From assembly GCA_965113315.1 (NCBI GenBank), contig OZ220368.1: a DNA stretch of 64,000 nucleotides; one strand, 5' to 3'. The position numbers and the translations under genes are program-made. Source of the DNA: Podarcis vaucheri (Eukaryota). Positions 51,422-63,739 of the stretch are shown piece after piece (position 1 is the stretch's first letter; each line of letters starts with the position of its first letter). A model generated the notes under the pieces. The model made no database searches. It had not been told where the DNA came from and saw only the letters and a program-made list of their open reading frames with translations.

Positions 51422-54400
51422 TTATCCAAACAGCAGCACAACTTCTCTGAGTTGTGCAAAAGAACACAGATGCCCAACAGCAATGTATTGCTATCTTCCC
51501 TTCCCGCCATCCCCCAACCTGATTAATCTCTTACCAAGAACAGGTATTTCTCCGTTGTGTTGTTGTGCCGGAATGAGATTTTCTGAATGGGTCCCTCTTT
51601 TATCAGCTCGTTGGAAGGGTCCACAATGTCGTCTTCAAGCCCCAGCCTGTGATACACCTCCCAAAGGTTCTGGAGTCGTTCCTGCAGGACCATGAGAATT
51701 AAGATGAACAAGACAGGGACCAAACAGCTCCGTTGCAAAGGTCTCTGGCTGCAAGGAGTCACTCGCATGAGGTCAGTGCACTCACCATTTCTGCAATGGC
51801 AGCATTGGAGTGTTTGGCTGCAGTGAAAATCATTTCCAGAGCTTCTGCAAAAACACCAGAGAAACATTAAACTCTCAAGGCTCTCTCACACAACCCATTT
51901 GCACACCTGTATTCCTTGCTATGGCAGCACTGGAGGGGCGCTCTATGCGCCTTTGAGTATTTCCCCTTGTGCCCGCAGCCCCCATGATAAAATTACATTG
52001 GTGCCATGGACTGGTATTTTAATATGTGATAAGAATTAATCTAAAGAAGGAAATATGAAGATGGAGCGATCCTGGGTAACCAATAGGTGTGATCAGGTTT
52101 TTGAATATTGAATTGAATTGATTGCATAAATATCACCAGCCCCTTTTGATATATGATGTATGAATTAACTGGATGATTGTTCTCCTTGCTTACATATATA
52201 AAGGGAACGTAAAAGTAATTACATGTATATATGCATACGTACATTTAAATTTAATAAAAAAAGATATAGGTGAACCAGGATCATATTTAGGAGGTGCAGG
52301 GAGTTTTCAAAACAATGACGTCAGTGACACATTGATGGACCTTCTATCTTTGTAGTTCTTAAAGCAACAGAAGTCCAGACCTGAATGGAATGCATGCAGT
52401 AAGCTCATTGCCCGATCTCCAACACTTTCCCAAGGTTCTAGGAGTTGCATGGCACTGAGCAGGAGAAGGGAGGCACAAGCCTAGCAGGGGAATTTCAAAT
52501 CAACCCTGGTATGAAAGCCTTAGAATCACTCAACTAGCAGGTACATGTGTGTCACTGCTAAAGGACAGTCTCCCCCAACAAAACAACTCCTCTGTCAACT
52601 TTCTTCTTTGCCCACATCGCAGAATGGACCGAATGGAGCTCTTACTCTCTGCATCCTCCCTGTCCGGTGCCTCTGGAGGTAGCTTTCGTATGTAATCCTT
52701 CAGAAGGAGTTCATATCTAGGGATTCTCTGTACTGGCTCCAGCATATGATGTTGCAAGGTTAAGTTGGCTGAGATCTCCCGTCTCTGCTCAGGATAGTAA
52801 CAGTAGCAGAAAGAGAAAGCAGAAGCCATCATAGACATGAGTGTATAAACATTAAACTACAGATACTTGGCTGGCCTCACCATTTCACAAACCAAGATGA
52901 CCATCTACCACAACCTTCACCAACACAGTGCTCTCCAAATGTTTTGGACTACACCTCCCATCAGCCTCTGGGCTGGTTGAGGCTGATGGGAGTTGTAAGC
53001 CAAACATCTGGAGGTCACTAGCTGGGTGAAGGCTTATCTATCATGTCTTGGTGGTATAACAGATGGAAGAAATTTCATGCTTTGGTTCAAGTCTTTCTAC
53101 AGCACAGAGATGGAATGTTTGAGGTCCTGTGGAAGCAAGAAATTCCCAGCCACTGCAGCAGAAGGAGTCCAGTGTCTCAGGAAGAACGTGAGACATGGGA
53201 CCAATGCAATCTTTTGAGACCTGGGGTACAGGGCCCACAAAGAAGCACAGAAAGAACTACAGAGCCTATTATCCCAGCTGAGAGCAGCTGGCTAAAGATG
53301 TAGAAAACATTAGTCACCAGGCTAGGCAAAATGAGTGAAGAAAGGCTAGTCTGGATGGAGAAGGCAGTGTCCTTCCAGTATTTTCTCAAGGAGAAGAAAA
53401 TACCTACGTTCCATGCTATACATATACATGTACACAGCCATGGTGTGGATGGCCTCGCAGGTAGAAGCTACTCTGAGTTTTAAAAAAGGTTACTGTGCAA
53501 TAAGCTCTGAGACCCTTTCTACAAGACCAAGTTCAAGGTGTTACTTTTAGTATTAACAGCTTGAGACCAGTTTACATGGAAGATCATCTGACTCCACATA
53601 TGCCCTCTTGACTGCTCCAATCTGCAGAACTGGCACTACTACAGGTATCACATAATACTCATTCTGCATTTGTAAGGAATTAATCTTTTAGAACCCACAC
53701 TTCCAAACTCCCTGCCTATTGACATCAGGTAAGTGCCTTCACTGTTCTTGTCAGAGCCTGCTAAAAACATTTTTCTTTTATGTACTGTATATGCTTAATA
53801 AAAATTTAAAATAAAATAAAATAATAAAAATAAAAACATTTTTGTTCAGGGGAGCCTTCCCAGATATGTAGAATTTTGACATTCGTTTTTATCAGGGTTT
53901 CTTTCTGGCTTAGCATTGATTTTAATTATGTTTTGAAGGTTTCAAATTGTTTTTTAATTGAGAATGACGTTCTTTCGTTATTTTTGTAAACCACTTCAAT
54001 GTGTTCCCCTACCCCAAACAAGCAGTATAAACATTTTATGAAAGAATAGCAAAAGAAATTTCACCTGAATGCTTGAGATGAGTTCCTGGAATGGCAAGGA
54101 CTTTTCGGACCACGTGGTGATCAGCTCGACTGCCTTGTCAAAGTTCTTCACGTATTCGCTATACATCTTCAGGAAAGGGGCTACCTTCTGGATGATGTCC
54201 CCAATCCTGGGATTGGAATTCCTGCAGGCAGAAGCCAAGAGAACAGGTCTGCTGTTGGCATCTCTAGAAAGGCAGCCAAAACGGTCCAGGGAAGATGCTT
54301 TGGGAACTGCCTGTCTGCCTCTATCCCTGGTCTCGATTGCAATACCCAAGCATCACTGGCACTGGTTTGTGACATTTGCAGGAGTCACTGCTGGATGTTG

Positions 54401-56082
54401 CCCAGCTTCTACACAGTTTTAACAATACATCACAGCACAAACAATGCTGGCTGTCTCTGTTTATTAACATCTTCAGTAAAAAAGTAAAAAGCTAGGAAGT
54501 GAAATGATTGTCCTCATACGCCCTCCCATCACAGGAAGACAAACAGATACATGCGAGAAGTACTGCTGATTTAGTTCTTACTTATCTAAGATATTTCCGC
54601 ATTGCCCTTGATCATATAATTGCAAGTATTTGTACTATAAAGGCAAATGTTTGCCAAAGTGCCCTCTGCAGACAAAGGAAGTATGTAATATCTATTGTTT
54701 CACACCAAGATTAGTCCTTTGTCAGATGGCATAATAGAGATCTATTTCATGGTGGGACAAAGAATTAAGGTTTTAACTCAAAGTGACGCTTCCACAGACC
54801 TCTTGTACAGTATCTTTTCAGATTCTAGACTTCAAATAATACAACAGTTGCTTTCAGTTGCATAAACCTTCACACACACCCTCACTTCCCTTTCCAGGAA
54901 TGCAGTGGGGAAAGGGGTGTGGCTGCCATAACTCACCAGTTCTCCATACGTTTCTGCAGCTCTGGCAAGAAAAACTGAGCATGGAACTGGTAAATGGATG
55001 AGATGTTGGAGAATATCATTTTCACCACCTCTTCTGGGAATGTTCTTCCACTCCTGGCTTCCTTCAGCAGCTCTGAGAAAAACACCTGGAACCCAGGGAT
55101 GGACAAAGCTGTCAGTTTTGGTTTTTCTCGGTTGCTCGTTTTTCCAGCCTTAAGTTCAGTCGCCCACATTTCTGCATCAACTTGTGATTTACTTACTTAT
55201 TTATTTATTTTACACACACACACACACAAAATAAGTCCTCCTGAAAATTCACCAGCTTTTTCATGCACTTTTATTTTAATATGAACAATTTCCCAAAGTG
55301 AACTTTCCCTTCATCTGTCCCTCTAGAGCAGAGGTTCCCAAACTTATTTGGTCTACCAACCCCGTTTCAGGAAACAAAAACACCATTACCCAGCACCCCC
55401 TGTCAAGTAAACTACAGGCAATCCTCATTTTGCACTGGGGTTACATTCTGGACCCCCTGCACGCATCAGCGGAACCCGCGTAAAGCAGTCTGTCTAGCCC
55501 CCATTCCACTCTTTCAGTGACGTTTTAGGGATACTTCCGGATTCAGTGCCGACCTGTGCATGCATGCGCAATCGTGCGTCAATCAGAAGCACATAAATCT
55601 GTTGTCGCCTGTAACAAACCAACCTGATCCAGAAGGTGGAGGCGGCTGACATAGGCCTGCTCTGTTTGCAGGAGCTCCAACGCTATTTTTTTCTCTTCTG
55701 GCTCCTGTGTGGATAAAGAGAAACTGTTTGATCATGGGGAGCATTAAGCATGAGCCCAATGGAGTAGATCCTGCTCTCCTGTCGGTGGGGGCACTGCAGA
55801 TTAGTAGGGCTGGGTTCTCTAACTAAGGCTGCGTTTGTGTGTGTACACAATTATGAATATACATAGGAACATAGAAAGCTGCCTCATACAGGGTCCTGCC
55901 ATGGGTCTATCTAGGTCAGTATTGTTTACAGTGACAGCCAGTGGCTCTCCAGGATGAGAGATAAGGGTCATTTTCAGTCCGATCTGCAGATGCCAAGCCT
56001 TTTTGTTTGTTTGTTTTATTTGTTCATCTTTAGGTTTTACTGAATTTTTTTCTCATTTTTCATGAGATGAGTCAGGATTTCC

Positions 56083-56113
<31 letters not shown>

Positions 56114-57953
56114 CGCTCTTTCTCCCCCCCCCTTTTTTTTTTGGAAACTATTTTTCTGTATCAGAAAACCTCTCATTACCGCTTTACTCGCGTCCCATAC
56201 TATATCCAGCCCATACTATATCCAGTTTAAAATTCACAGCATGTACCACCATAAAAGAGAATATAATGAAAATGATGTACCGATGGTACTTAACACCTGT
56301 TAAATTGGCAAAAACGTATAGGATGAGCTGTAAAGTATGTTGGAAATGTAAAGAGAAGGATGGAGATTTCTACCACATGTGGTGGACATGTGAGAAAATA
56401 AAACTATCCTGGGAATTGATTTATAACAAATTGAAAAAGATGTTCAAATATACTTTCCCAAAAAAGCCGGAAGCTTTTTTGCTAAGCTTGATGGGAGAGA
56501 AAATAGAAAAAGCAGACCAAAGGTTATTTATGTACGCTACGACTGCTAGCCCAAAAATGGAAAGTACAGGAATTACCAACAGAGGAGGAGTGGCAGACGA
56601 GAATGGTGGATTACGCGGAACTAGCAAAACTGACCCACAGGATCCGAAACCAGGAGGAAACAAAATTCCAAAGAGATTGGAGTAAATTTATGGGTTATAT
56701 AAATAATAACTGTAGAAACCTGAAGACACTAGCAGGACTGAAATAAATCTGACGACGTGGACTGGATAAAACAAGAAACTGCGGAAAGGAGACTGAAATA
56801 AGAAAACCTGTTGAAGGGAGGGAGGGAAGTAAGTGCTCAGCAGAGCGTTGGGTAAGGAAGTGGGTAGATGATTGTTGAATATTACTGTATTTTGTTTGTT
56901 TGAAATGAAAAACCAATAAAAAGCATTAAAAAAGAAAAACAGGTGCAGGAGGAGGGAAAGATAAGTCAGGCAGGTGTAGAGTCGAGGGTGTGCCCACCCC
57001 CAGGGGTGGAGGTGTCTTTGGCCTCCTCAATATCTGCTGGCAGGGGGCCGAGACCCCTCAATATTGAGAGGGCAGAGGAGGCCAGCATGGTTCAGTGGCT
57101 GGCTCCTCCTGAGCTCGAGAGAGGAATTGTGCTGTGCTGGGCTCCAAGATCAGCCTTCTCCTGACGATGCAATATCATGCATGCACCGCGTTCATGACAT
57201 CTCACACACACGATGCACCACGCCCCCCCCCTCCCCAATCTTGGGCACAATACAGCACCTCTGGCTGCCACACCTCCTCCTCCTGCCCCCACCTCTCGTG
57301 CTCCACTCTCTGCCAGGACCAGAAGAGAACTGGAGCAGAAGGAGCAGAAAACGGTTATGCGTAGACAAAGTCTGCACCTGCTTGGGGAGATACATCAGCT
57401 TCGGTTGTGGGTGGGGCCTCTCTGTTGCTGCAACTGCCTCGTTGGGCGCACACCTAGGAACAGCGGAGTGGGGTTGGGCTGATAGACATGCCATTTCCTA
57501 AGTCTACTTTTGATAACAAAGAGATGATTCCTCACTCTAGACATTCCTTGCCTGACAGCACCAGTTGCCCATTGGCCCTCCTCTACGTGATCTGTAACAA
57601 CAACAACAATAGTAATCTGGTGGTTAATGACCTGGTTTTTGCTGCTGCTGGAGTCGGTCCTGAGGCTTGCCTGGAAGTCTGCATCTTGTGGAATCCTCCA
57701 GTTGCCTGCACTGATCTTGCCATGGAAAGAGCTGAGACACTTGACTGTGAGCCCTCTGGGAGCCTCTCGTGGCTCCATCGCTGATTCTGCATAGCAGGGC
57801 ATTTGGCTGTGCGGTACAGGCATTTGCTTGGCTTCACTCATAGCTCTTCTGCTAGTCGCAGGTGGAAGCAGGTAGGACACCATGAGATTTGGTGCTCTCA
57901 AGCAGGGCCCAGACTGAGGAAGGATCTGCTCCTTGCTGGGACTCGGGCAAGCT
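41381..57953 (-). CDS. FGD2: FGD2, FYVE/RhoGEF/PH domain-containing protein 2 (15 coding exons in window, 5'-partial)
   Basis: Spliced exons total 1990 nt and read in frame: DH ([27 protein letters not shown]...[19 protein letters not shown]), PH1, FYVE ([13 protein letters not shown]...[14 protein letters not shown]) and PH2 ([35 protein letters not shown]). The C-terminal part matches my recollection of FGD2 rather than FGD1/3/4. Confidence 0.93.
42022..42529. mobile_element. Tc2-like MITE (CCGTATTTT termini) in an FGD2 intron
   Basis: Termini CCGTATTTTTCGC and GCGAAAAATACAG, TA TSD. Confidence 0.8.
42738..42881 (-). CDS. FGD2: FGD2 exon, PH2
   Basis: [48 protein letters not shown], 144 nt. 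Confidence 0.95.
43340..43915 (-). mobile_element. LTR-like repeat nested in a tRNA-derived SINE (~43248-44045)
   Basis: TGTCA...TAACA ends; splits the SINE between its head and its AATAA tail. Confidence 0.6.
44483..44629 (-). CDS. FGD2: FGD2 exon, FYVE domain part 2
   Basis: [49 protein letters not shown], 147 nt. Confidence 0.94.
44901..45035 (-). CDS. FGD2: FGD2 exon, FYVE domain part 1
   Basis: [45 protein letters not shown]; an alternative in-frame acceptor would start the exon at 45026. Confidence 0.92.
45054..45485 (-). mobile_element. CR1-like LINE remnant
   Basis: CATAAGAAC terminal repeat and CR1-like body; similar pieces at ~46020-46170 and ~48700-49220. Confidence 0.55.
46202..46294 (-). 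CDS. FGD2: FGD2 exon, PH1-FYVE linker
   Basis: [31 protein letters not shown], 93 nt. Confidence 0.88.
46601..46631 (-). CDS. FGD2: FGD2 micro-exon, PH1 C-terminal helix
   Basis: [10 protein letters not shown], 31 nt, CAG acceptor and GTAAC donor. Confidence 0.9.
46723..46802 (-). CDS. FGD2: FGD2 exon, PH1
   Basis: [26 protein letters not shown](R), 80 nt. Confidence 0.93.
47124..47371. mobile_element. Tc2-like MITE related to 42022
   Basis: Termini CCGTATTTTT and GAAAAATACGG, TA TSD. Confidence 0.8.
47964..48056 (-). CDS. FGD2: FGD2 exon, PH1
   Basis: [31 protein letters not shown], 93 nt. Confidence 0.93.
48175..48400 (-). mobile_element. Tc1/mariner MITE, same family as 24924, inverted
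   Basis: TIR CAGTGGTACCTCGGGTTA, TA TSD. Confidence 0.85.
49220..49354. repeat. Near-perfect fold-back inverted repeat (56-bp arms, 23-nt loop)
   Basis: 49220-49275 is the reverse complement of 49299-49354 with one mismatch. Confidence 0.9.
49398..50813 (-). mobile_element. Penelope-like element (5'-truncated, with inverted pLTR) encoding a GIY-YIG endonuclease fragment
   Basis: The ORF segment [24 protein letters not shown]...GHEINF...RIIMEAIEI...NMNKRD is a PLE-type GIY-YIG domain. It lies between 477-bp inverted arms and is flanked by (TA)n. Confidence 0.9.
50693..50732 (+). ncRNA. Minimal hammerhead-ribozyme-like motif in a PLE pLTR (one of six copies)
   Basis: CUGAAGA-U-GACGAG(UGAGAC)CUCGUC-GAAAC-GUC. 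Other copies: ~49451-49490(-), 50909-50948(-), 51100-51139(-), 51185-51222(-), 51246-51285(+). Confidence 0.65.
50857..51366. mobile_element. Array of Penelope pLTR fragments (three minus-strand, one plus-strand) including a probable ORF N-terminus
   Basis: Repeated ~84-120 nt units identical to the end of the neighbouring PLE. The minus strand at ~50945-51040 reads [31 protein letters not shown]. Confidence 0.85.
51535..51681 (-). CDS. FGD2: FGD2 exon, DH-PH linker and PH1
   Basis: [49 protein letters not shown], 147 nt. Confidence 0.95.
51786..51844 (-). CDS. FGD2: FGD2 exon, end of DH domain
   Basis: (K)[19 protein letters not shown], 59 nt, phases fit both neighbouring exons. Confidence 0.93.
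52646..52784 (-). CDS. FGD2: FGD2 exon, DH domain
   Basis: [46 protein letters not shown], 139 nt, donor GTAAG. Confidence 0.95.
54065..54221 (-). CDS. FGD2: FGD2 exon, DH domain
   Basis: [52 protein letters not shown], 157 nt. Confidence 0.95.
54937..55085 (-). CDS. FGD2: FGD2 exon, DH domain
   Basis: [50 protein letters not shown], 149 nt, donor GTGAGT. Confidence 0.95.
55415..55611. mobile_element. Probable TA-flanked MITE next to an FGD2 splice donor
   Basis: TA-CAGGC...GCCTG-TA termini. Confidence 0.5.
55624..55704 (-). CDS. FGD2: FGD2 exon, start of DH domain
   Basis: [30 protein letters not shown] acceptor and GT donor, 81 nt. Confidence 0.93.
56133..56939 (+). mobile_element. 5'-truncated L1 (ORF2 C-terminal Cys-rich domain, 3'UTR, polyA) with a short inverted 5' segment
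   Basis: MMYRWYLTP...CWKC...YHMWWTC, AATAAA and A-tail. The minus strand at 56133-56209 reads [16 protein letters not shown]. Confidence 0.85.
57632..57953 (-). CDS. FGD2: FGD2 exon (probable exon 2, N-terminal region)
   Basis: Acceptor TCTTTTCTGTGGCTAG, phase-2 start, donor CAG|[24 protein letters not shown] resembles the FGD2 segment SRRYLNSLKNKLSSEAWR. Confidence 0.7.
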
Positions 57954-60917
57954 CTAGCCACAGAAAAGACAAGCAGTTTTAGAATGACACTATTCAGCCC
58001 ACTTCTGCAAAACACAGGGCACAGCCAAGCAGTCTGTGTGGTGAGATCCAAAGCAAAAGCAAAACATTCAGAGGCAACATGGGGACCAAACCATCAATAT
58101 TTGCACCTCTCTGAGTTTTACAGTGCTGTTCTCCAGCACTAAGGGGCAGGAAATGTTCATGTCACTGAAAATAACATTCAAAATCACACTATAGTAGGGG
58201 AAATGTAAATAATAGGGAAAATACACTGTGTTAAAATGTACGTGGGAGGCAAAATTGCCTTTCAAAAAAGAGAAATTAACACTGAAATGCTAGTGAGTTC
58301 TTATGAGGACTTTTTTGTAAAAATGTGGGGAACTGAACTTTAGTTTGGAAAAATGAGAAACTGAAACAAACTAGGATTGACAGTTTTACCCACATCTAAA
58401 TACAGGCAGCTGTATCGTGACTGCCTATTTCCTCCTTCCCACCTAACCAGTAGCTGGGGGTGGGGGTGGGTTAATTTACATCCAGAAAACAGAACTAAAA
58501 TAAAAGATTAAGCAAAAAACAACAACAACCACGAGATCAGATCTCTAGCCTCCCACATCCACATCATTATCTGTTTGGGCCCTTTGGAACAGGGACTTCT
58601 GAGACAGCAACAAAAGCTCTCCGTCCTTAGTTACACAACAGCATCAGCAATTGTAGCTGAATAACTAAGATTGCAAGTCACTCCATCAAAGAAATTAATT
58701 GTATGAGTTTGAGTTGATTCATTGATTAATGCACTGATTGCAAACATTTTTAATGCTGTCTTTGGGGTGGTTTTTGGTTTGTTTGGTTTCTGGATAATGC
58801 ATGCATGTGTTAGAGCAGGCATCAGCTTAGAAGAGGCATACTATCATACCTGAGAGAAAAGGAGAAGTGCTTGCTATCTGCAGAGTTTTTCTTTCTTAAA
58901 TAATGGGTGAGATCTGCCTACCAGTGGAACAGGCTTCTTCTTGTGCAAACAGGCCATTCCTTTCCTCCCCTTCTCCTGCAGCTGACATGCACTCACAAAA
59001 TTTGCTTCAGATGGTTGGAGAATGCATCAGAACAGATTTTTAGGGCAGCAAGCTGCAGGCAGGAGGTCAGAAAGAGGACATCCCACAACATAAGCAGAAG
59101 TCCGCCCATGTGACATTGGATTTCATCATTTATTTTCAAAAATCTGCACCCAGTTAATCTAGGGCATTTTTTTTTGTACCTACAAAAATCTTTAACAGTG
59201 CAACCCTACACCAGAAAGTAAGTCCTGTTGAGTTCACTTTCCCAGGTAAGTGAGTAATAGGACTACAGCCTAAATCACTAATCAGTTGATAAACATTGCA
59301 ACCCTGCAAATAACACAATAGGCATGGATGCATAATGGATACATAAAGGCTTTGCATCCATTGCATCCATCATGCCTACATATGTGAATAGTGTACCACT
59401 GGACACCAATTCATTGGCCCATGAGAAGCTACAAAAACCAAACAGTTTGCCTGTCTTCTCTTTCATAGAACTGCTTATGCCTCTTGTAGACCAAAACATC
59501 ATATGAAAGCTATGTACCTGCACATTAAGGGTCATGATGTAGTGCTTAGAACTGTGTTTCTCAAACTTGGGTCTCCAGCTGTTGTTGGACTACAACTCCC
59601 ATCACCCCGGCCACTGGTCCTACTGGCTAGGGATGATGGGAGTTGTAGTCCAGCAACAGCTGGAAACCCAATCTTTGGAAACACCAGGAGTGCCAGAGAA
59701 GGACTTGGGAGCCCAGGGTTCAAACCTCCACACAGCCATGAAGCTCACTGGGTGACTTTGAGCCAGTCACTGCTTCTCCAGCTAACCTACCTCAGAGGGT
59801 TGTTGCGTGGAGTAAATGAAGAGGGAGAGAACCACGCATGCCACCCGAAGTTCCTTGGAGAAAAAGTTGGGCTATAAATCAATTAAATAAATAATCCCGA
59901 GAACTGTAATTTACCCCTCCCAGAGCTATTTGCCAAGGCCCTTAAAAGCTACAATTCCTAGGATCCTTGCAGTGGGGAGGGGATGTGCTTTAAAATGTAT
60001 GATACACAAGCCCTAGAGCAGGGCTGAGGAAGTCTCTTTCGCATTTACATTGAGAGTAGCTACTGAGGGCTACATCCTTTTTTCTGTTCCACAATCAGCC
60101 GTCATTAAGCTTCCTCATGTATCCAAAAGTCAGCTTTTATTTCCTCTTCCGAAGCAATGTTTTGCCTTTCCAAAACAAGCCACAGCTCAAGATTAAAAAC
60201 AGAGGCAGCAGTCTTGCTAAAGGGACAACACCCTCTGGGCTGACATAGGGAATGGGCAAGTTAAGGGAAGGAGCTGGTAGAGTGTTTGCATGTTCCCCAC
60301 CCAGAGACCACAGCGCATGTCGTGGGGCCAGAGAAGAAGGCAGATTCTGCCTGCTGCCCTAATCCTCCTGCCGTCACACATTCAGCAGAAAGCCTGAAAT
60401 GAGCCTTTGCAGGGATGATGGTTTTGTTGCACAGTGGGAACTCTGCACCTTTAGGGTGGCATCTTGACTGAAAAACCTATGTGCCTTTACAGCTGTCATT
60501 GCACAGAGGCGCTTTTTGGAATTTCTCCCCTGAACACAGGAGGTCAGGGAGTGAGGCCAATGGGCAAAAGCCACCCTTCCCTCTGCACATCCCATAGAAG
60601 TGTTGAGAAGATCTGAAAAGGGCGATAGTTGCCAGGAGATGACAACAATGCTAAAAGCAGATACGCTGCGGGTGTAATATATCGTGGCAATTTAATTTCA
60701 GGGTGTATACTCAAGAACATGGACCCAAGAGATTTTAGAGGCACTTCTCAAGGCAAGATGCCTGGCAACCTAGAGTGGTTGCTGACGGAGAAGTATGTGT
60801 ACTTGAATACAAAAGAAGTACAGGTACATATTAAATAACTGAGGGAATAAGCTCCTCTTTTCTAGTCTTCTGTCTATGAAAATATGGGCTTCTTTAAGGT
60901 GTAAGCTTCCTTCAGTT

Positions 60918-61050
60918 TCCCCTTGATAGCTCAGTTGATGGAGCATGAGGTACTTAATTTGAGGGTTGCATTGGGCAAAAGATTCCTACATTGCAAAGGA
61001 TTAGACTAGATTACTCCTGAGGACCCTTCTAACACTACAATTCTATGATT
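60918..61050 (+). mobile_element. tRNA-head SINE with CR1-like tail
   Basis: A-box TAGCTCAGTTG followed by CCCTTCTAAC...ATTCTATGATT. Confidence 0.6.
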
Positions 61051-61202
61051 CACTTGTGATTGAATGAAGTTTGTGCTTGGGATGTTTTTTACACTTTGAA
61101 GAAAATATCACAGTAATATCACACACATACATTAAAAAAGGTAGTCCTCTTCCCACTGGCATATTCCAAATTGCTTAGGGCCTATAAAAACACCACAGGA
61201 AT

Positions 61203-61465
61203 TGTTAAGTTGTGGGTGAACATATCAGACGACACAGCAATTCTTCAACAGCTCTTGTTTATTCACAGGCCAGAAGAGATCTGAACCGAAGGGTTCAGCC
61301 AGCCTGCTTATATAGAGCTCCACTACAACACAACAGTAACCACTTTCAGTAACTATCCAATCACTGAACGTCACTTTCAATCCCTTATTTGCATATGTGG
61401 ACCTGAGTGAAAACTATCTACTGTATCCCCCTGCTGGCCCAGGGTGAGAACTTCAGTACATAACA
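61203..61465 (-). mobile_element. Solo LTR (263 bp)
   Basis: TGTTA...TAACA termini, 5-bp TSD GGAAT, minus-strand order octamer, CCAAT, TATA, AATAAA. Confidence 0.85.
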
Positions 61466-63609
61466 GGAATATTCCCTCTCCCCGCCGCCATCAGCACCTT
61501 GTCTCAGAGAAACTTCTCCTGTTGTTCAGTTTACCTTGGAAGAAAGAAGCTCCCAGGCAAATGCAGCTCCATAGCATTTGACCATTTCGTCTTGGGAGTT
61601 TCAAGGGTTCTACTTTACAAATTCAGCCCTTAAGAGTTCCACTAGGTCAAGCGCTTAGAAAATGAAGGTGACAGTCAAACTGTAGGGTGGGACTGGTATA
61701 ATGAAGCCAAAGAACTGGAAGCAAGAGAGGCAGTGGGTACGTCATGTCCAAGAAAGCAGTGAATCCCGCCAGAAACGCCAAAGCCATTTCTATCCCTGAA
61801 CCTTTCCATGCAATCAAGACCATCCACAAACAATTCTGCTTCTGTTCCAGCTTTTGACTGCTCCTTTGTGAGACACAGACTGAGAGGGAGAATATAGTCT
61901 CCTCGGTCTGCGTCTACTAATAAACAGGAACAGCAGCTTCACAGTGTGCTAAGGAAGCACAGCAACAAACACAGTGAAGCATAATTTCCCCTGTTTCATT
62001 TGACACATGAGGAGAAGGAGACACGGAAGGGAAGGAAGCGTTGCACTGAGATCAGGCAACAAAACAGTGGCAGGAGAGCAGGGCTGCCCTTTTGCCAAGT
62101 CAGGCCATTGGTCCATCTAGCTCAGTGTTGCTGACACTGACTGGAAGCCGCTCTCCAGCGTTTCAGGCAGGAGTTCTTCCCAGCCCTACCTGAAGATGCC
62201 AAGGACTGAACCTGGAATCTCTGCAAGCAAAGCATGGTGTGTGTGTATATTCTCATATTTGCATGATGAAATCATGCCACTTTGCAATGTAATTCTAATG
62301 CTGAGGTATAATAGAAAAGAAGGATGCCAACTTAAAAAAAAAAGTGCAAAGCCACATCTGGACTTAGGATGCTGCAAAAAGACAACCAGATGGCAGTCTT
62401 CATAAAATCCAAATCCATTAAAATATAAATCAGGCTGATATCTTTTCATCTGACAAATAGCGCAGAGTCCAGCCACTGGATTTATCAGCAGGAGAAGGGA
62501 TGCAGCATTTCAAGGGTTTACGTGGAAATCCCTTCCTTCTCTGAGCTACTGCAGAGTGCCAGGGCTCTTGAGAGCAATGGGGTCAAATCCCCCTGCAGTT
62601 TTCTATTGGTTCTTAATTTGTTTTGGTTTTACTAGAAAATGCCCCTTCTTCATTTTGTACAAACCTGTGCTCCTATTTCCCTATTTAGCACTGAAATATC
62701 ATGTTAGCAATGGATGAATGTATAGCAGAACTGTCAGAGTGCAGGAAAACTTGGCAAATGGGGGGGGGGCTTTTTTTGGATCAGGCTACCACTCTGGATG
62801 CCCAGCGAACAGCTGCGGCCAAAAATGTGCACCAATTTAATCAGTAGATCAGAGTTATCTACAGTGAGACATGCAATGGTTACTGTGTAATATGTTCTGC
62901 ATACAGCTGCCTTTGAAGGGCCTCTGGAAACTTCAGGTTGGTGCAGAATGCAGGAGCAAAAGTGCTCCCAGAAACACTGGTGTGTGGACATATTACTCCA
63001 CTATCAGAATAGCTGTGCTGGTTACCAATACATGTCCAGGTTAAATCTGAAGTGCTGCTTGTCACGTCTGAAGCCCTCTATGGCTTGAGCCCAGGGTACC
63101 TTCACCCACAACATCCTGCACCAACAAGCTCATAGAATTCCATTTAGGTGAGTGTCTGAGCTGCCAAAGAAGACAGGGAACACTGAGGTTTCCTGGCAGA
63201 GGAAATGGCTTTGCTCACTCTGTGGCCAGCACTGAAGCAGATTGGGCTACGGAAGGAGAGTGCTCCTCCGCAGCTTACAGTAAACTTGTATTACTTATGA
63301 GAAAATAAAGAGTAACACCCACCCACACTGATTTCTGCTTCTTACGGGCAAAGCTTTCACACTTCAGCAATGTGTCAGAATTATGCATGGATTGCAGCAC
63401 TATCTACAACGGTTTAAATGACCTTTTAAAACAGGGATGGGGAACCTGTTGCCCTCCAGATATTGTTGGATTCAGTCATCCCCAGCCAGCATGCCCAATG
63501 GTCAGAGACGATGGGTGGGGGAAAAACATAAGAATAGAATAAGAGACTGTTGGATCAGGACAATAGCCCACCTAGACCAGCATCCTGACCTCACAAATGT
63601 AGCCAAACA

Positions 63610-63739
63610 NNNNNNNNNNNNNNNNNNNNNNNNNNNNNNNNNNNNNNNNNNNNNNNNNNNNNNNNNNNNNNNNNNNNNNNNNNNNNNNNNNNNNNNNNNN
63701 NNNNNNNNNNNNNNNNNNNNNNNNNNNNNNNNNNNNNNN
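63610..63739. other. Assembly gap (N run)
   Basis: 130 N. Confidence 1.

Noticed and set aside
58850-58920. Possible FGD2 exon 1 ending in AG|GTATG
   Set aside because: The phase fits, but there is an in-frame stop and no ATG upstream, and no similarity to FGD2.
60918-60990. tRNA gene
   Set aside because: Only the A-box half is recognisable and it is fused to a CR1-like tail, so it is a SINE.
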